Part shown: piece after piece, positions 1-13,650 of the stretch
Layout: each line of letters begins with the position of its first letter
Numbering within the stretch: the first letter of the stretch is position 1
Assembly (NCBI RefSeq): GCF_963676685.1
Contig: NC_092345.1
Span: 83,762,001 to 83,826,000, forward strand
From: Mytilus edulis
Taxonomy: Eukaryota
DNA length: 64,000 nucleotides
Direction of reading: 5' to 3'
Position numbers and translations under genes: made by a program
Notes under the pieces: generated by a model
The model's database searches: none
The model's input: the letters and a program-made list of their open reading frames with translations, nothing else
Told to the model about the DNA's origin: nothing

Positions 1-3000
1 AGTTACCATCAAGAAACTGTTTGTACAAGATGGGACAGATGTATACTAGACCACCAACTATTTTAATATACCCTCAGTATTTTTCAGGAAAAAGAACCAG
101 TACTAGTGAGCTATAACAGGAATAGAAGTATGGGTATATAATATTTCATAAATGCATAAACAATTATTTCATTTAGTAAACATAAAAAAATCACAAGACT
201 TAATGCTCCTAGCTTGGTACAGGGACATCAGAAATATGACATGGTTACAAGGAATTGTATATTTAAATATACAATTCCTTGATGGTTAGTATAGCATGGT
301 GGATCATTATATTCAAATCACAAACAAATGGCACAAAACACATTTATGCTAATATTTTGGCATGTGTTGTCTTTTTGTAACATGGAGGAAAGTCAAGTTA
401 AATGTAGCTTATTCGCTTTTCTCTGGTTTTCAAAACCTTATTCATGAAGAAGCATATTATCTCTGATTATACCACATAGCAGTATACAATCTCCTGCAAC
501 TTGTATATCTGATTCCTATAAAAATAATGATAAGTAAAACAAACATGCACCTATTACCTCCGGAAGCTCATCAGGTAGCACCTGCCTCTAATCAATTAAA
601 CATGCAATAATATAAAGTTTAACTACTGTAAAGTGTAAGTGAATTATATTTTTTTAGTTTGAAGGGCTTTTCTGTATTTACATGTACCTTCATCAGGAAT
701 GCTCAACCTGAACATTTTTAAAAGCCAGGGATACAGAAATGATCAGAAATACACTGGAACTTTGAGAGCTATTATGACCAAAAGGGAAATCTAAAGTCTA
801 GTTAACATCTTACGACTACGGTACAATATCAAACAAAGGTACAGTGTATCAAATCCTGCTGAAAATCCTTCCTGTACAAATTCTAAGAATTAATAAATGA
901 TTCAATATTATAATATTTCTGACTCTTAATGTATATCATTCTTTTTATGTCTGCAACCTATTTTTACTTTTATTTAAACCTCAAAGATCCAATATATAAT
1001 TTGTTTTCTTTATAGCCAGAACTATGACAAAGAAAATATTCAGATAAGATATTAAAATCCCTCCTCACTTTACATAACTGTGTCTAGTCTTGAGTCAGTC
1101 AAGCTGATCACAAACTTGTTAAAAAACCTTCTTAGTAATCAGGGCCATTTGTCACCAGAGGCCTACCCACATCATCAATGAACAATTTGTATAACATTCA
1201 CTTGATAATTTACCTCCTTTAAAAATGACTTGGTAGGGTTGTTTTGAATTAAATTTAGGAAATAGACCTAAAATCTTTTATAAAATAATAACTCATTTTA
1301 ATTACTCCTTCAACTAATTTTTACTGCACTCTCAGCTTAAGCTTATAGGCCCTTTGAAATCAATCAAGCTTGATATTGGTGTTTTTGTGTACTTTGTGCA
1401 CCAAAGAAAGTACATACATGTAAATAATGATAATTTAGAAAAAATATATATCCTTTTACAATGTAAACATAATGCACAAATTGTATTTGAAAGACATTAT
1501 ACAAATATATGCAAGTCTATATATATTATATAGGCAACAGGAACAAAACAATTTAATATTTGTATTATTGCTGTTAACCTTTTTAAACAAGTATTGAAAT
1601 AGAGACATGGGCTTAATTACTTGATTTTTAAATTAAATAAAGCAGCAAATAAATTGAAGTGCATCTCTAATACATATTTTTGTCAATACATGTATAACAA
1701 AAATCAAGCTTTCTGTAATTTTAAACCAATACAGCAGTTTAATTATTTACTTATAAAATTATAAAAAAACAAGATATCTTTTCATTCAATAAGCAATATT
1801 GCAAGAGTGCCACTAATGGAGCAGGAACTCCTAATTCTTCTATTTCCTTCCATTTTTGAAGTTTCAAGTAGATTGGACTTCAGCTAAATCAAAAACTACC
1901 TTGACCAAAAACTTAGATCTGAAGCGGGACAGACAAACAAACTGACAAACAGACTGACAAACGAACAGACACACAGACAGAAAAACATAATGCCCCTCAA
2001 ATTTTTTTATTTACATTGTTTCAGATATAATTTAGTACCCAAATACTCCAAAAATCCATTTCCCAACTCTTTCTTCTCCTTGAAATAAAAACTGCAGCTT
2101 AAAGACAGAAGCCCAAAGCAAATGATTACCAGTACCAAACTTTTAACTAGTTTTCTAAATAATAGAAAGGGCCCATGGTAACTGTGATATGTAACAATTA
2201 TCAAGGTCATCTTGATATATAAATAATGTAAGCACTAACCAATTTCTTATCATAGTTTAACATTATATACATTGTATGATATAATCTACAAACAGTTTGG
2301 TCAGAAACTGAATGGCTATCGGATACATGCAACTCTTGTTTTGAATTTCTACTAATATACTAATCAGGAGAGAAAAAAAGAGATGGAAATCCTGTATATT
2401 GTCACAATATCTGTAGTGTAAATATGCCAGGGTTTCTTATCAATGAGGGGGTAAACAACAAACAATTTGACCTGTTTTAACAACATGAAAGTAAACTTTG
2501 TAGTAATGAATCTTTTGATGACGCCACTATTATCTTCAACAGCTTAAATACTATTTCAATAAATAGAAATTTAATAATTTCTTTGACAAGGAATTTATGT
2601 CCACTCACAACGGTCAAGTGTTGTATTGAGATAAATTGGATGAAATTAACATGCTCAAAATCAATTTCAAATAAGTTTAAGATATATAATCTAGTTGTCA
2701 ACAAAATTAAACATTTAGATTTTAATTAAAGTTAACAAAAAGTAGTAATGTTAGAGGCAGATCACCCACTAGTTTTAGAAAAGGTAGTATGCTTTCTGTC
2801 TCACTAACACATAACCCAAAACTCCATTCAGTCATAGAAGAATTTGGAAATTGGGTTTAATCTATATCATATATGTCTATCCAAACAAGCAGAAGGATTA
2901 TGATGTTTTTTTGTTTTATAAGAGATGCAAAGGATTCCAAGGGGACATTCAAACTCGAAAAATAAACTGACAACGCCATGGCTAAAAAGAGAATTCACTT

Positions 3001-3591
3001 CTCCCTATGATTCTGAAGAACATTGAGACCTGTTTGAACTATTCTGTATCATATGCTTTAAAAATATAATAATGAGCAATCTTTTATTTATTGGGACCTA
3101 GTTCAAAAAATTCTACTTTACAGTTGGCATCTGATCTATTGCAACAGCTCAAGGGGCGAAAAGTTTACTTAACACAATGTTTTAAATATTTAAAAAGAAT
3201 TTGGACCCCATAGTGTGAATATACATAGAATATTATATATCTTTATTATGTTATAAGTCATTATATCAATAACAGGAAGAAAATAAACATGTACTTATCT
3301 TAACAAAGACATGTATCTCTAGGCAAGATATTTCTAGTTGCTTGTCTCTTTTCTTTTAAAAAACAAAACTAAAACTTGTCTTTTGTTTAAATATCATTTT
3401 CAAGAATAACCTGGGTGTATGTATTTCTTACATACATATGTTTATATGTAATTGGCTTACATGGGCATTTCTATTCTACAAAGTGATTATGAAAATTGAT
3501 TGTTAAAGATATGCAGGAGATAATATATAAATAGTTTGAATGAATTTGCAGGTTTCTCTAAATATAGCAACTTTCATACAATCAAGCTTGC

Positions 3592-3720
3592 TTTATGGTG
3601 CAGGGTTTTCTTGCTGTGATGAAGACCCATTGGTGACCTTTGGCTGTTTTCTGCTATTCGATCGGGTTGTTGTCTTTCTGACACATTCCAATGATTCCAT
3701 ATTACCATTCTCAATTTTAT
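3592..3720. repeat. Dispersed SINE-like repeat fragment
   Basis: Homologous to 14698-14785 (ggtgc.gg..tttct.gctgtg.tgaagacccattggtg.cctt). Confidence 0.65.
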
Positions 3721-6700
3721 AAAGCGTTACCATCACAGAAAACAGTCCCATTCTCAAGAATAATTAAAGGACAAAAGGTGAAAATTATTCATATTTTTCA
3801 TTAGCTGAATAAAATATCGCTTAAGCTATATTTAGTCATGACAGTAGCATGAACCCATTGAAGTGGAAACATTTTCTGCTATTCCATCAGTGAACAATTT
3901 TAATTATTGATGAAAAGCATTGATGACTATGCCTAAAACTACTAAACAATTTACCAAAAGGAGGAAGTCAATTAAATTACAGACAACTATTCCCTGATAA
4001 ATATTGATTTTATTTGAATCAATTCATCAAAATTATCTTAGATCATCATGATTCACACCAAAATATTTTCTGATGAACAAATTACATAACAATCATCAAC
4101 TTGTGTGGTTATGACCTGGGTTATCCCTTTAGGGCACTGTCATTCTTTCATTTGTATTTGTGATTAATAAAACAAAGAATTTCAAGTAGCAGCAAAAATT
4201 AATAACAAAAAGCCGAGTCAAGTATTAATTTATACCTATTTAACAAATCATTTCATTTTATACAGGAAGAAGCGGTTCTTATCTTTTGAAACTTAAACTA
4301 AAAAAGACTACTGCACTTGTATGGCATTTAAATTAAGTTACAGCTCCACTTATGATTATTTCTCAGCCTGTATATAAGAAATTAAATACAGTCTTTTATT
4401 ATTGAGGCAAGCACTCCAATATTGTATTTTAAAATGTTTACGGTTCTCACTAAATGATTTCCTGTGTCCTGGACTCTTGAAAGTCTGCCTGGACTCATTA
4501 TTTTCAAAACTGAGCACACAAATAATTTTATGGAAAAATCGTAAAAATTTGATGGCAGTTCATACCTCTACCTTTACTTGGCATGGAGCCTGTTGGGATT
4601 CTCCATGGCCAAAAAGATGAGTCCCTGAACTTGCCTTCATTACTTCTTTATGAGAACTCTCTTTTGCATATAATTATTCAAAGTTCTATTTTCCTACATA
4701 ATGAAACTGATCAATATGTTTGTGTGTCATTTATGAAAGATGAGAAATTTCCCCTTTGTTAATGATTTCATTTGAAATAAAGTGACAATTTTCAGGTCTA
4801 TAAACATGATAAAACATTTTACATACTATAGTGACTCACCATTCTAATTCATAACTAATTGTATAATAATCTGTTAACAGCTTTGTGCTAATTTACATTA
4901 TTCGATTATTGGTTTGCTTTTCTGAGATATATCTAGCTGTAGCAAGGATCCTAGACTATTGTGAAAGAAGATACAAAATGTACATATTTGTCATTTGTAA
5001 GGAAAATGCTGAAAATCAGTGCCACTCAAATTGGTATATTTACAAATGTACATGTATACACAAATTTGTTCCTATATGTAGTCTGCACAGTTAGCCACTC
5101 GTCTCAAAATGTTACAGTGTTGGCTTCTTTATAGTTGATAAGGAAGAAAAATGTCAATTTTTTTTTTAAGTAAAATTTCTGTTTTATCAGTTTGTGGAAA
5201 TTATAATGGCAGATTTATAGCAATATATCTATTTACTCAAACATACATGTTGGACATGTAGCCCTCATATTTAATGGTATTAAAAAAAATGGTACAGATG
5301 ACTTCAACCTTTATATCCTACATTGAATATAAAGAAAAAGATGTGGTATAATTGCCAATGAGACAACTCTCCACAAAAGACCAAATGACAGTCTTTTTTT
5401 CTTCATCAGCATAATATGTGCAACAGGACAGATATGTTATAAATCAATTAATATACTTATACAATCAATGAATCATAGAATTTCATTAAAATTTGTCAGA
5501 TAAGCCTGGACTTGTCATTTTTGTTAGAACAGAGTCCGGTCAACAAAAAATATGAGTCCTCAGTTCTGACATAATTGATATAAGTATCATCAAAGCTTTT
5601 TCGCTCATTTTTTAAGTCTTCTTGTCTTTATAAAATTAACTAAATCATATTAGGATGACTATATATTTTATTTCATTTATATTGATTTCTAGACAAGTTG
5701 CATATTGTAGGTGTAATAGAATCTTACAAGGTTATTTAAGGCGAGCCCATGAGTCCTTTCTTTCAAAATTCCCTTACTATATACACAAAATTGTATGTAC
5801 AAAAACAACTACACTCATCTTCATATAAAGAAACAAACTATCAAACAAAATATTTTGGGGAAAATCTCAAATACAATGATATACATGTTGTGCATTCAGC
5901 AATGGCAGTAGTTACAATGTATAACAACTTTTTATGTTACGGGTGACAGATTTTCATGATAATCATAGACCTTGTAATATGTTAAAATATGTCCCTCCAG
6001 CTAATTTACCAACTGATTACTGATCACATCTATAATCGCACATTCCATATATATTTCAAATTAAAGAAAAAATATGAATATATGTCTTTATCATGTTTAT
6101 GGTCAATATTGTTTTCCAATAATTTAAACATGTACTTGCTAAGAACAGAATACAGATACATGATGATGTACATACATCACCATTACATTATATGGTACAT
6201 GTATTACTGTGTAGTGTATGAAAATATAATATACACTATTACACTATAAAACTGTAAGATCAATTACATTACATTTAAAGCTAAACTCAGTCCACAAGAA
6301 ACTCATAAATTCCCATATCAATTACCACTTTTGTAGTAACTTATTGTTGGCCAGAACCTGAGAACAGACTAGGAACAAGACAAAGAATCTGTTTGAAGGT
6401 TATACAAAAACATAACTGAAATAATCATAAAAATAAAAACTTGTCTCATGTCTCTAAATAGTCTTAATGTCTAAGGCATTATAAAGTACTGTATTGCATT
6501 CAATGTACTGTCCAATTCAAAGTCTCTGTTTAATACATTGTATTACTAATGTATAACAGGTATCATGCTGTTAATTAATATTAATTATATATATAGTTAG
6601 GTTAAACTAAGATGGTAAACAATTCATTCAACAATGGCCAATACAATATACATGTATTTGCAATGACATAAATTTAATGGTATACTGTTAATCCTTTAAT

Positions 6701-7540
6701 AGTTTTATTACACCATGATCACAATAAATTGCAAGTATTTGGTCAATTATCAGCTACAGGTGAATCAACAGAGAAATGTTATGTATTACCAAACTTCAAG
6801 CCATGGCTTGAAAAAATAGAAATTTAAATGGTATTTAGAAATAAAATTTAGAATCGAGAAAGAGTCCTATTATCCCCTGGAATCTGCAAGTACATGTAGC
6901 AGTTGAACAAGTACCTCTATCACGCTTCAAAGGTCACTATTTTTTTGACATTGTAAATGAAAAAAAGAAAGAAAATTAAGGGACCAATCAAAGTGAAGTT
7001 CAATGACAGATTAATGAAGGGGTCTCACTAAGGATTTTTAAAGGTAATTACAGGGACTAGTCTTTTTTGGCCATGGTGAGCCCAACAGTTGATTGATTCT
7101 GAATCCTGGCAGATTTCAATGAGTCAAAGACTCATGGGCTCGCTTAAGTGAGAAGGTCAGAATGTGCAGTCACCAAGCTTGATCAGTCTGATTTCAGCAT
7201 AACACATGCATACATGTAGCTAGCTATAGGGAATGTGAAATTAAAGGATAGATAGAGTGAACCAGATATTCAACCTTCTTGAGAAGCCCCTCCATAAAGT
7301 CTGTGTTACAGCACTATAACTATTAGACACAACCCAACCATAACATGGTTAGTATACATGTACATAGTACAAGAAGATAAGGAAAATTTAGAAAAGGTCA
7401 CATACAGAATTCAACTAATTATTATTTTAATATTGCCCTAAACATTGATGTGATAATCTATTGGTACAGACATGTAAGGGGTTAAAGGGGGACAATTTAC
7501 AAAGTCTAAATACTGCACATGTACATATTATGATATATTT

Positions 7541-7748
7541 TTTTGTTTTATATAGATTAGACCTTGGTTTTCCCATTTGAATGGTTTTACATTACTAATT
7601 TTTGGGGCCCTTTATAGCTTGCTGTTCGGTGTGAGCCAAGGCTCCGTGTTGAAGGCCGTACATTGACCTATAATGGTTTACTTTTATAAATTGTTATTTG
7701 GATGGAGAGTTGTCTCATTGGCACTGATACCACATCTTCCTATATCTA
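7541..7748. repeat. High-copy dispersed repeat (gagagttgtctcattggca..ataccacatctt family)
   Basis: Related pieces at 5335-5390 (inverted), 11180-11395, 13940, 22675, 43230-43545 and probably 63815-64000. Confidence 0.75.
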
Positions 7749-10055
7749 TGTACATGTGGGACAAGATCCCTAATGCGCCTTGAAATGAGGAACTCAAAAG
7801 TCACGTGTAAACAAAAATTCTCTGTGTAGTGATATTTGACACTTTTCTATGATAAACAAGTGACTGAGCTTAACCATTTGAGTTAATTTAGAAAGTAGGG
7901 GAACACAGAATAAATGTGTAAAATCTATGGAGCTATTAAATGTGTTCAAAGTATTAAATTTCCAAAGAACTTTTTGTGTTAAAAATGGGATTATTTACCA
8001 TGAGGAGCCGCATCACAAAAGGATACTCGGGGTTTGCTAATTTACGGAAAAAGTAATCTCACTTCGTACCCCGAAAATTTAACCACATATGTCAAAATGT
8101 CTCAGCTTCGAAACGAGCCATCACACATATCCAAGTTAACGATATGGACTGAGCAACAGAAGAAAATGTTACCATTACGGCCTATGGAAAAACTAATGCG
8201 CATCTGTACCCATGTGTATGAATATTTTGGGGGAGAGGATAAAACATCAACATCTACAATATTCATATATAACATGCATAATGAATTATGCAAGAAAATA
8301 AATGTTTTGACGTAATCAAATAATATACTGGTAACTTAATTTTTCAAGAAGCATGAGCTGTCAAATCTAATTTTAAAATGCATATGCACTGATTAAACAC
8401 AAATTTTCATATTTAATTTAAAAACATAATATACTAAAACAGATATGTAAATTACAAAAAGTCAGAATTAAAACAATTAATAATTCATGGGCTTGCAATA
8501 TTAGAATATACAATGTACATTTGTATTTTACATTAAGTATCAACTCGTTACCCATTGAGATGACCTCCAAAAACTACTGACAGTTGGTTCCCTATGGTCA
8601 TAAGAACTAATATACATTTTGTAAACATAAATACATGTATATTAATACTAATTAACAGCTGTGTGCAGTTGGATTTTTATAGGTCTGTTTGATTTCATGC
8701 TAAAGGTTTAAAATATGTACTTCATATGTATAAAAATAATTTTGTGCAGTCAAAGAATTTGAAAGAAGGTTATTCTTGCTGACTTCTTGTTTCACATTTT
8801 AATCTGGACTATCTTTTCTTTTTAGACTTTTAAATGAATGGGCCACAGAACATGACAAACACCTGCACACACATCTTACCTAAATGTCAAATTTAAAGGT
8901 TACCAAAACAAACCTGAATCAAATGAGCTGAAATATTAACTTGCAAGTCACAATAATCATTACAAATTATATTATAAAACCAGTGATTATTATTTTGACA
9001 AACTTGAACCAAGAACCTGTTTATAGGGAAGTGTACATGTTATCTTTTTATTCTGCTTAAATATTTTATTTTTCTATTGAATTTGTAGCTACATGTATTG
9101 CCCTTTAAATAACTATCACTTTAAATCAAGTGAATCTAGCTGTTAATGATTGTAGTGTTCATGTATGTAAATAGTACATAATAAATTGGGAAAGAAGTGG
9201 ATAACATTTATCTATGCTGTAAACCTACCTTCCTATATCCTCAACAACAGTATAATCATCACTGAGACAATGTGTTTTAATGTTAGTATTAGGTTGGTAT
9301 TTCTCTTTCCCTGGTGGACTAAACCCTGAAACACTATTATGGTAATGATGGTTATACCCATTCAACATCATTGTTCTCAAGTTTTTATTTTCTATTTAGC
9401 TTCAAAAGTTATATCACATAATGTAAGCAATACGTTTACACTCCAGGTGGATTTTTCTTTTGTGCCTTCACAGTGTGTAGTGTGAAATTTAAATATTTGA
9501 AATACACAAACCAAAAATAACACTGAAATTCTTCACATTCCATTCATTTCATGGGCAAACAGCCGAATAATTTTATGTGTTGTTTAAAATTAATTCCATG
9601 GTACAAAGATAAATAAGTAGTCAAGTGTTGCTTAAAAAATCACTGTTAATACTATCTGAGAACCACTTATTAACTTTATGCAGTCAAAGTTAAAGGTAAC
9701 TACTTCCAACGGAAATCAGGGCACTAGTCATTGTTAGATTTCAAATCGAGGTTGGTACACGTAATTTCTGAATCAAATCGGTGACGGAGGTGATTTTGTA
9801 TTCGTACCTTGGGGTTTAAATAAATCTTAATCTTTACAAATTGTCAACATTAAGATGTGATGATGAAAGAAAAATTTGCCTGCAGATATTACTCAAACCA
9901 CATACATCCAAATAATTAATTTTCTTCTTGACGAAATAAGAAACTTCATTTAGATATAATTATAAACGTAGTGCCAAAATTGCACCTTTTTCAAGTGACA
10001 GTTTTTCACCGGACGTTTATTTTAATATGACCCAGACAACTCCAAATGAATGACC

Positions 10056-10199
10056 TAGTCCAAATAATTATGATGTCTGGCAAGGCTAATTTTTTTTTCT
10101 GGGATGCCTTCCTACAGGCGTCCCAGAAAACCTACGACAAGAAGGCGTCCAAGAAAAATAATAAAATAGCCTTGCCAGACGTCATAATTATTTGGACTA
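10056..10199. mobile_element. Small TIR element with TAG...CTA ends (Academ-like MITE)
   Basis: ~33-bp TIR tagtccaaataattatga(t/c)gtctggcaaggcta; flanks gacc / gact. Confidence 0.65.
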
Positions 10200-10263
10200 G
10201 ACTAGACCCAGAAAAAAGTTCCCATTTTGTGTTTATTTTGTAGATGTATCATTATTTACTATA

Positions 10264-11094
10264 CTAGAACACACCCGTGATATCGCGGGTCCGTGACTGA
10301 ATTAAAGACGGTATATATAACTATGCGCAAGCCTTATTTGAGTAATTAGTATTGTCATCTGATAAAGTCATGCCGATTATAAGATACACAGTTTTCTTTT
10401 CTTTCAAATCTTTCTGTTTGAACTCGTCGAACTGGAACTTATCAATTATAAGATACACAGTTTTCTTTTCTTTCAAATCTTTCTGTTTGAACCCGTCGAA
10501 CTGGAACTTATCAATTATTGGTAATATTAATTATTTGGAAAACAAAAGGTCCTGGAATGGAGTATCTTTTAATCAACAGCATAGTCCTATATCAGTTATA
10601 AATAAAGTTGAATTCTTCAATTCGGTGTTTTACGTCATGCCCGCTAACAAATTGAAAACTGTACCTATACGCCTTATTTTTAGTCACAGATTTTTAGTAT
10701 TCGTATTGTTATCTTAGAAAGTCTTACTGATTAAAATACTACAATAGGTAACAATTTGACAATTTAGTAGTGTCAACCCTGTGATTATGACCCGTGTATA
10801 TAGCATATTACTTCTGAATACACCGTTTGGTGGTGCGCCTGTCAGATGCGGAACGTACAGATAAGGTAATAGGTAACAGGTGAATATACTATTGGTATCG
10901 GTATCGTACTCGATCCGGAACTTCTTAATTATTGGCAATATTAATTACGTGGAAAACAAAAGGGTCTGGAGTGGTGTAATTTTTAATCTACACCTTTGTA
11001 CTATATTAGTTATATATAAAGTTGAATTCTTTGATTCGTCGTTTTTACGTGATGACGGCTGACAAATTGGACCTCGTAATTTTAGTATTATAGA
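10264..11094 (-). mobile_element. Non-autonomous Helitron
   Basis: On -: A|TC... start and ...CTAG|T end; hairpin cccgtgatatcgcggg (10274-10289) just before CTAG; internal ~71-bp tandem duplication and a ~150-bp repeated block. Confidence 0.85.
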
Positions 11095-11779
11095 TAGTTC
11101 TACCAATTTGATTTAGAATCGATATTGAATCATAGAAATAGGGTTGTCTTTGAATGTTTTAATGTAATAATACTGTTTTAGGTTAGGGTGAAAGTTGGGG
11201 CCTATTAAAAACGTTTAAACCCGCTGCATTTCAGTAATTTGTAATTGTCCTAATTCTGGAAACATTTGTTCAGTGGTTTATTTTTATATAGATTAGACCG
11301 TTAGTTTTTTTTAACTATATTTAATTGTTAACATTTTACAATTTGTGACTTGTATGGATAGTTGTCTCATTAGCACTCATACCACATCTTATTTCCATTG
11401 AACTGACCTCCAAAAGACCCATGATTCTGTAATGTGGAGTGACGTCCGTTACCCAAATTACCTCCATGCGCTTAGTAAATTGTTATCTATTAGTCTTGAA
11501 ATAGTCTGGGCAGCTGTTCCTGGGCATAAAGTAGTCGCCACAAAAATGTTTCCGTCTGTCACATGTCCATTGGCCGTTACCTCATTGTCATGATTCAGTG
11601 ACTACTTGAAGAAAAAAAGTGAAGATTGTTTGTAATTTTAACTTCTCTCTTATTATGATTACATGTAATAGGATAATCATATATACGTATGTGGTTACAT
11701 TGCAAGGTCCTCATGCCCGTCAGACCGGCAGCGTTCACTCGTCCTCAACCTCATTTCATGAATCAATGAACAAGATCTA

Positions 11780-13650
11780 GTTTTCGGTGTTCTTGAAAGT
11801 CCATATCTCTGATACTATAAGCAAAAGGTCTAGTATATTTGGTGTATTCAAGGATTGTAAGGTGTACATGTTCAACTGGCAGGTGTCATCTGACCTTGAC
11901 CTTATTTTCATGGTTCCGTGATTATAGTTCAGTTTATTGTGTTTTTGGAATGTTTTCTTAAACTGTATGCAATATATAGGTATTCTATATTTAGTCACGG
12001 TATGGATCGAATGAGTGTAAGGTGTGCATGTCCAATTGACAGGTGTAATCTGACCTTGATCTCATTTTCACTGTTCAGTGGTCAAATTTAAGTTTTTGAG
12101 ATGGTCTTTTTTCTAATACTATACTCACAGATACTCACAGATCCTCTTCTGACTGTAGGATTCCTGAGGAATCCTCTTCTGTCAGCTCCTTGTCTAAACT
12201 TTTTTTACTTAGGTCTTGTCCGGTCGTGTGTATTTTTTCACTATAATTATATTTTTGTGTTTGATTTTCCCAGTAACGGTCTAATCTGGCTTCAAAACAT
12301 GGTATTGTTGGTGCTGATACTACTTTTTCTGGTAGACTGTTCCAAATTTCTACTGCTCTTTGTGTAAATGTATATTTTCTTACATCTAGTCTAGATCTTG
12401 TTTTATACAATTTGAGATGGTGTCCTCGAGTGTTGGAGTCAGTACACGGTGATATAAAGTCTGATACATCATCATCATATTTTCCTGATAGTATTTTGTA
12501 CATTTCTATCATGTCACCTCGAGATCTTCTGTAGGCTAATGTTGGAAGTTTTAGTTTTCTAAGTCGTTCTTCATATGTTAATGTTGATAGTCCAGGTATT
12601 TGTTTAGTTGCTCTTCTTTGGACATTTTCAATGGCTTCAATTTGTTTCTTCAAATGTGGACACCATACCTGGTTGGCATATTCAAGATGTGGTCGTACTA
12701 AAGCTGTGTATAATAATTTAAATGTATTCATATCCATGTATTCCATTGTTCTTCTTAGTATTCCCATGATTGAATTTGCTTTGTTTATCTTTTCATGCAT
12801 ATGTTGTTCAAATGATAATTTGGTGTCAATGGTAACTCCTATATCTTTCTCAGCTTCTACATATTCCATCGGTGTTATTCCTTCCTTCAATGTGTAAGCT
12901 TTCTGTTCTACTTTAGATCGTCCAATTCTCATCACCTTACATTTGTCTGGATGGAAGCATAGGAGCCATTTTTCTGACCATTCATGAAGTGCATGAATGT
13001 CTTCTTGCAGGTGTTCACAATCAGACTGTTGAAATATACCTCTAAATGCTTTGGTGTCATCTGCAAAAAGGTATGTGTCTGTGCCAATACTGGTGACTTC
13101 AGGCATATCATTTATATATAGTACGAATAAAATTGGGCCTAGCACTGAACCTTGAGGTATTCGGCTCGTGACATCTTTCCATTCGGATTTCTCCCCATTA
13201 ACTATAACTCTTTGTTTTCGTCCTAATAAGAATGATCTAATCCATGTGTTGTAATACTATATATGCAATAGGTCAACTATATTTGGTGTACATGCAAATA
13301 TTATATGATGTACATGTCAGTATCGCAGGTTTTATACTATCTTTACCTCATTTTCACGGTTCATTGTTCAGTGTTAAGTTTTTGTGTTTTGGTCTGTTTT
13401 TCTTAACTATAAGTAAAGGGTCAACTATGTTTGTTGTATGGAAGAAATGTAAGCTGTATACATGTATGTCTAGCAGGTTTCATCTGACTGACCTTGCTAT
13501 CATTTTTGGGGTTCATTGGTCAGTATTAAGTTTTCATGGTTAAGTATGCTTCTTATAGCTACTTAACTATAAGCAATAGGTCAACTATATTTAATGCATA
13601 GATTGATTGTAAGGTGTGCATGTCTGTCTGGCATGGTTCATCTGTAGGAT
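11780..13650. repeat. Degenerate ~160-bp-subunit (HINE-type) tandem array hosting the LINE
   Basis: Recurrent tgaccttgacctcattttcatggttc and ataggtcaactatatttggt motifs; same family as 29650-31150, 45320-46100 and 52480-54656. Confidence 0.7.
12124..13251 (-). mobile_element. 5'-truncated CR1-group LINE (RT C-terminal part)
   Basis: Open frame NTWIRSFL...IPQGSVLGPILFVLYINDMP...LFADDTK...RPHLEYANQVW to the stop at 12135; (CTGTGAGTAT)2 tail; 10-bp TSD TAATACTATA at 12114-12123 and 13252-13261. Confidence 0.93.

Noticed and set aside
684-710. Possible microexon or hammerhead half (ttgagcattcCTGATGAagg on -)
   Set aside because: The 20-nt length breaks frame, and the GAAA half of a ribozyme is missing; probably a repeat scrap.
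2007-8315. Short ORFs in the first 9 kb
   Set aside because: No recognisable domains, low-complexity AT-driven composition, no consistent splice chain.
12101-12897. Plus-strand ORFs 12101-12367 and 12631-12897
   Set aside because: Antisense shadows of the LINE RT frame.
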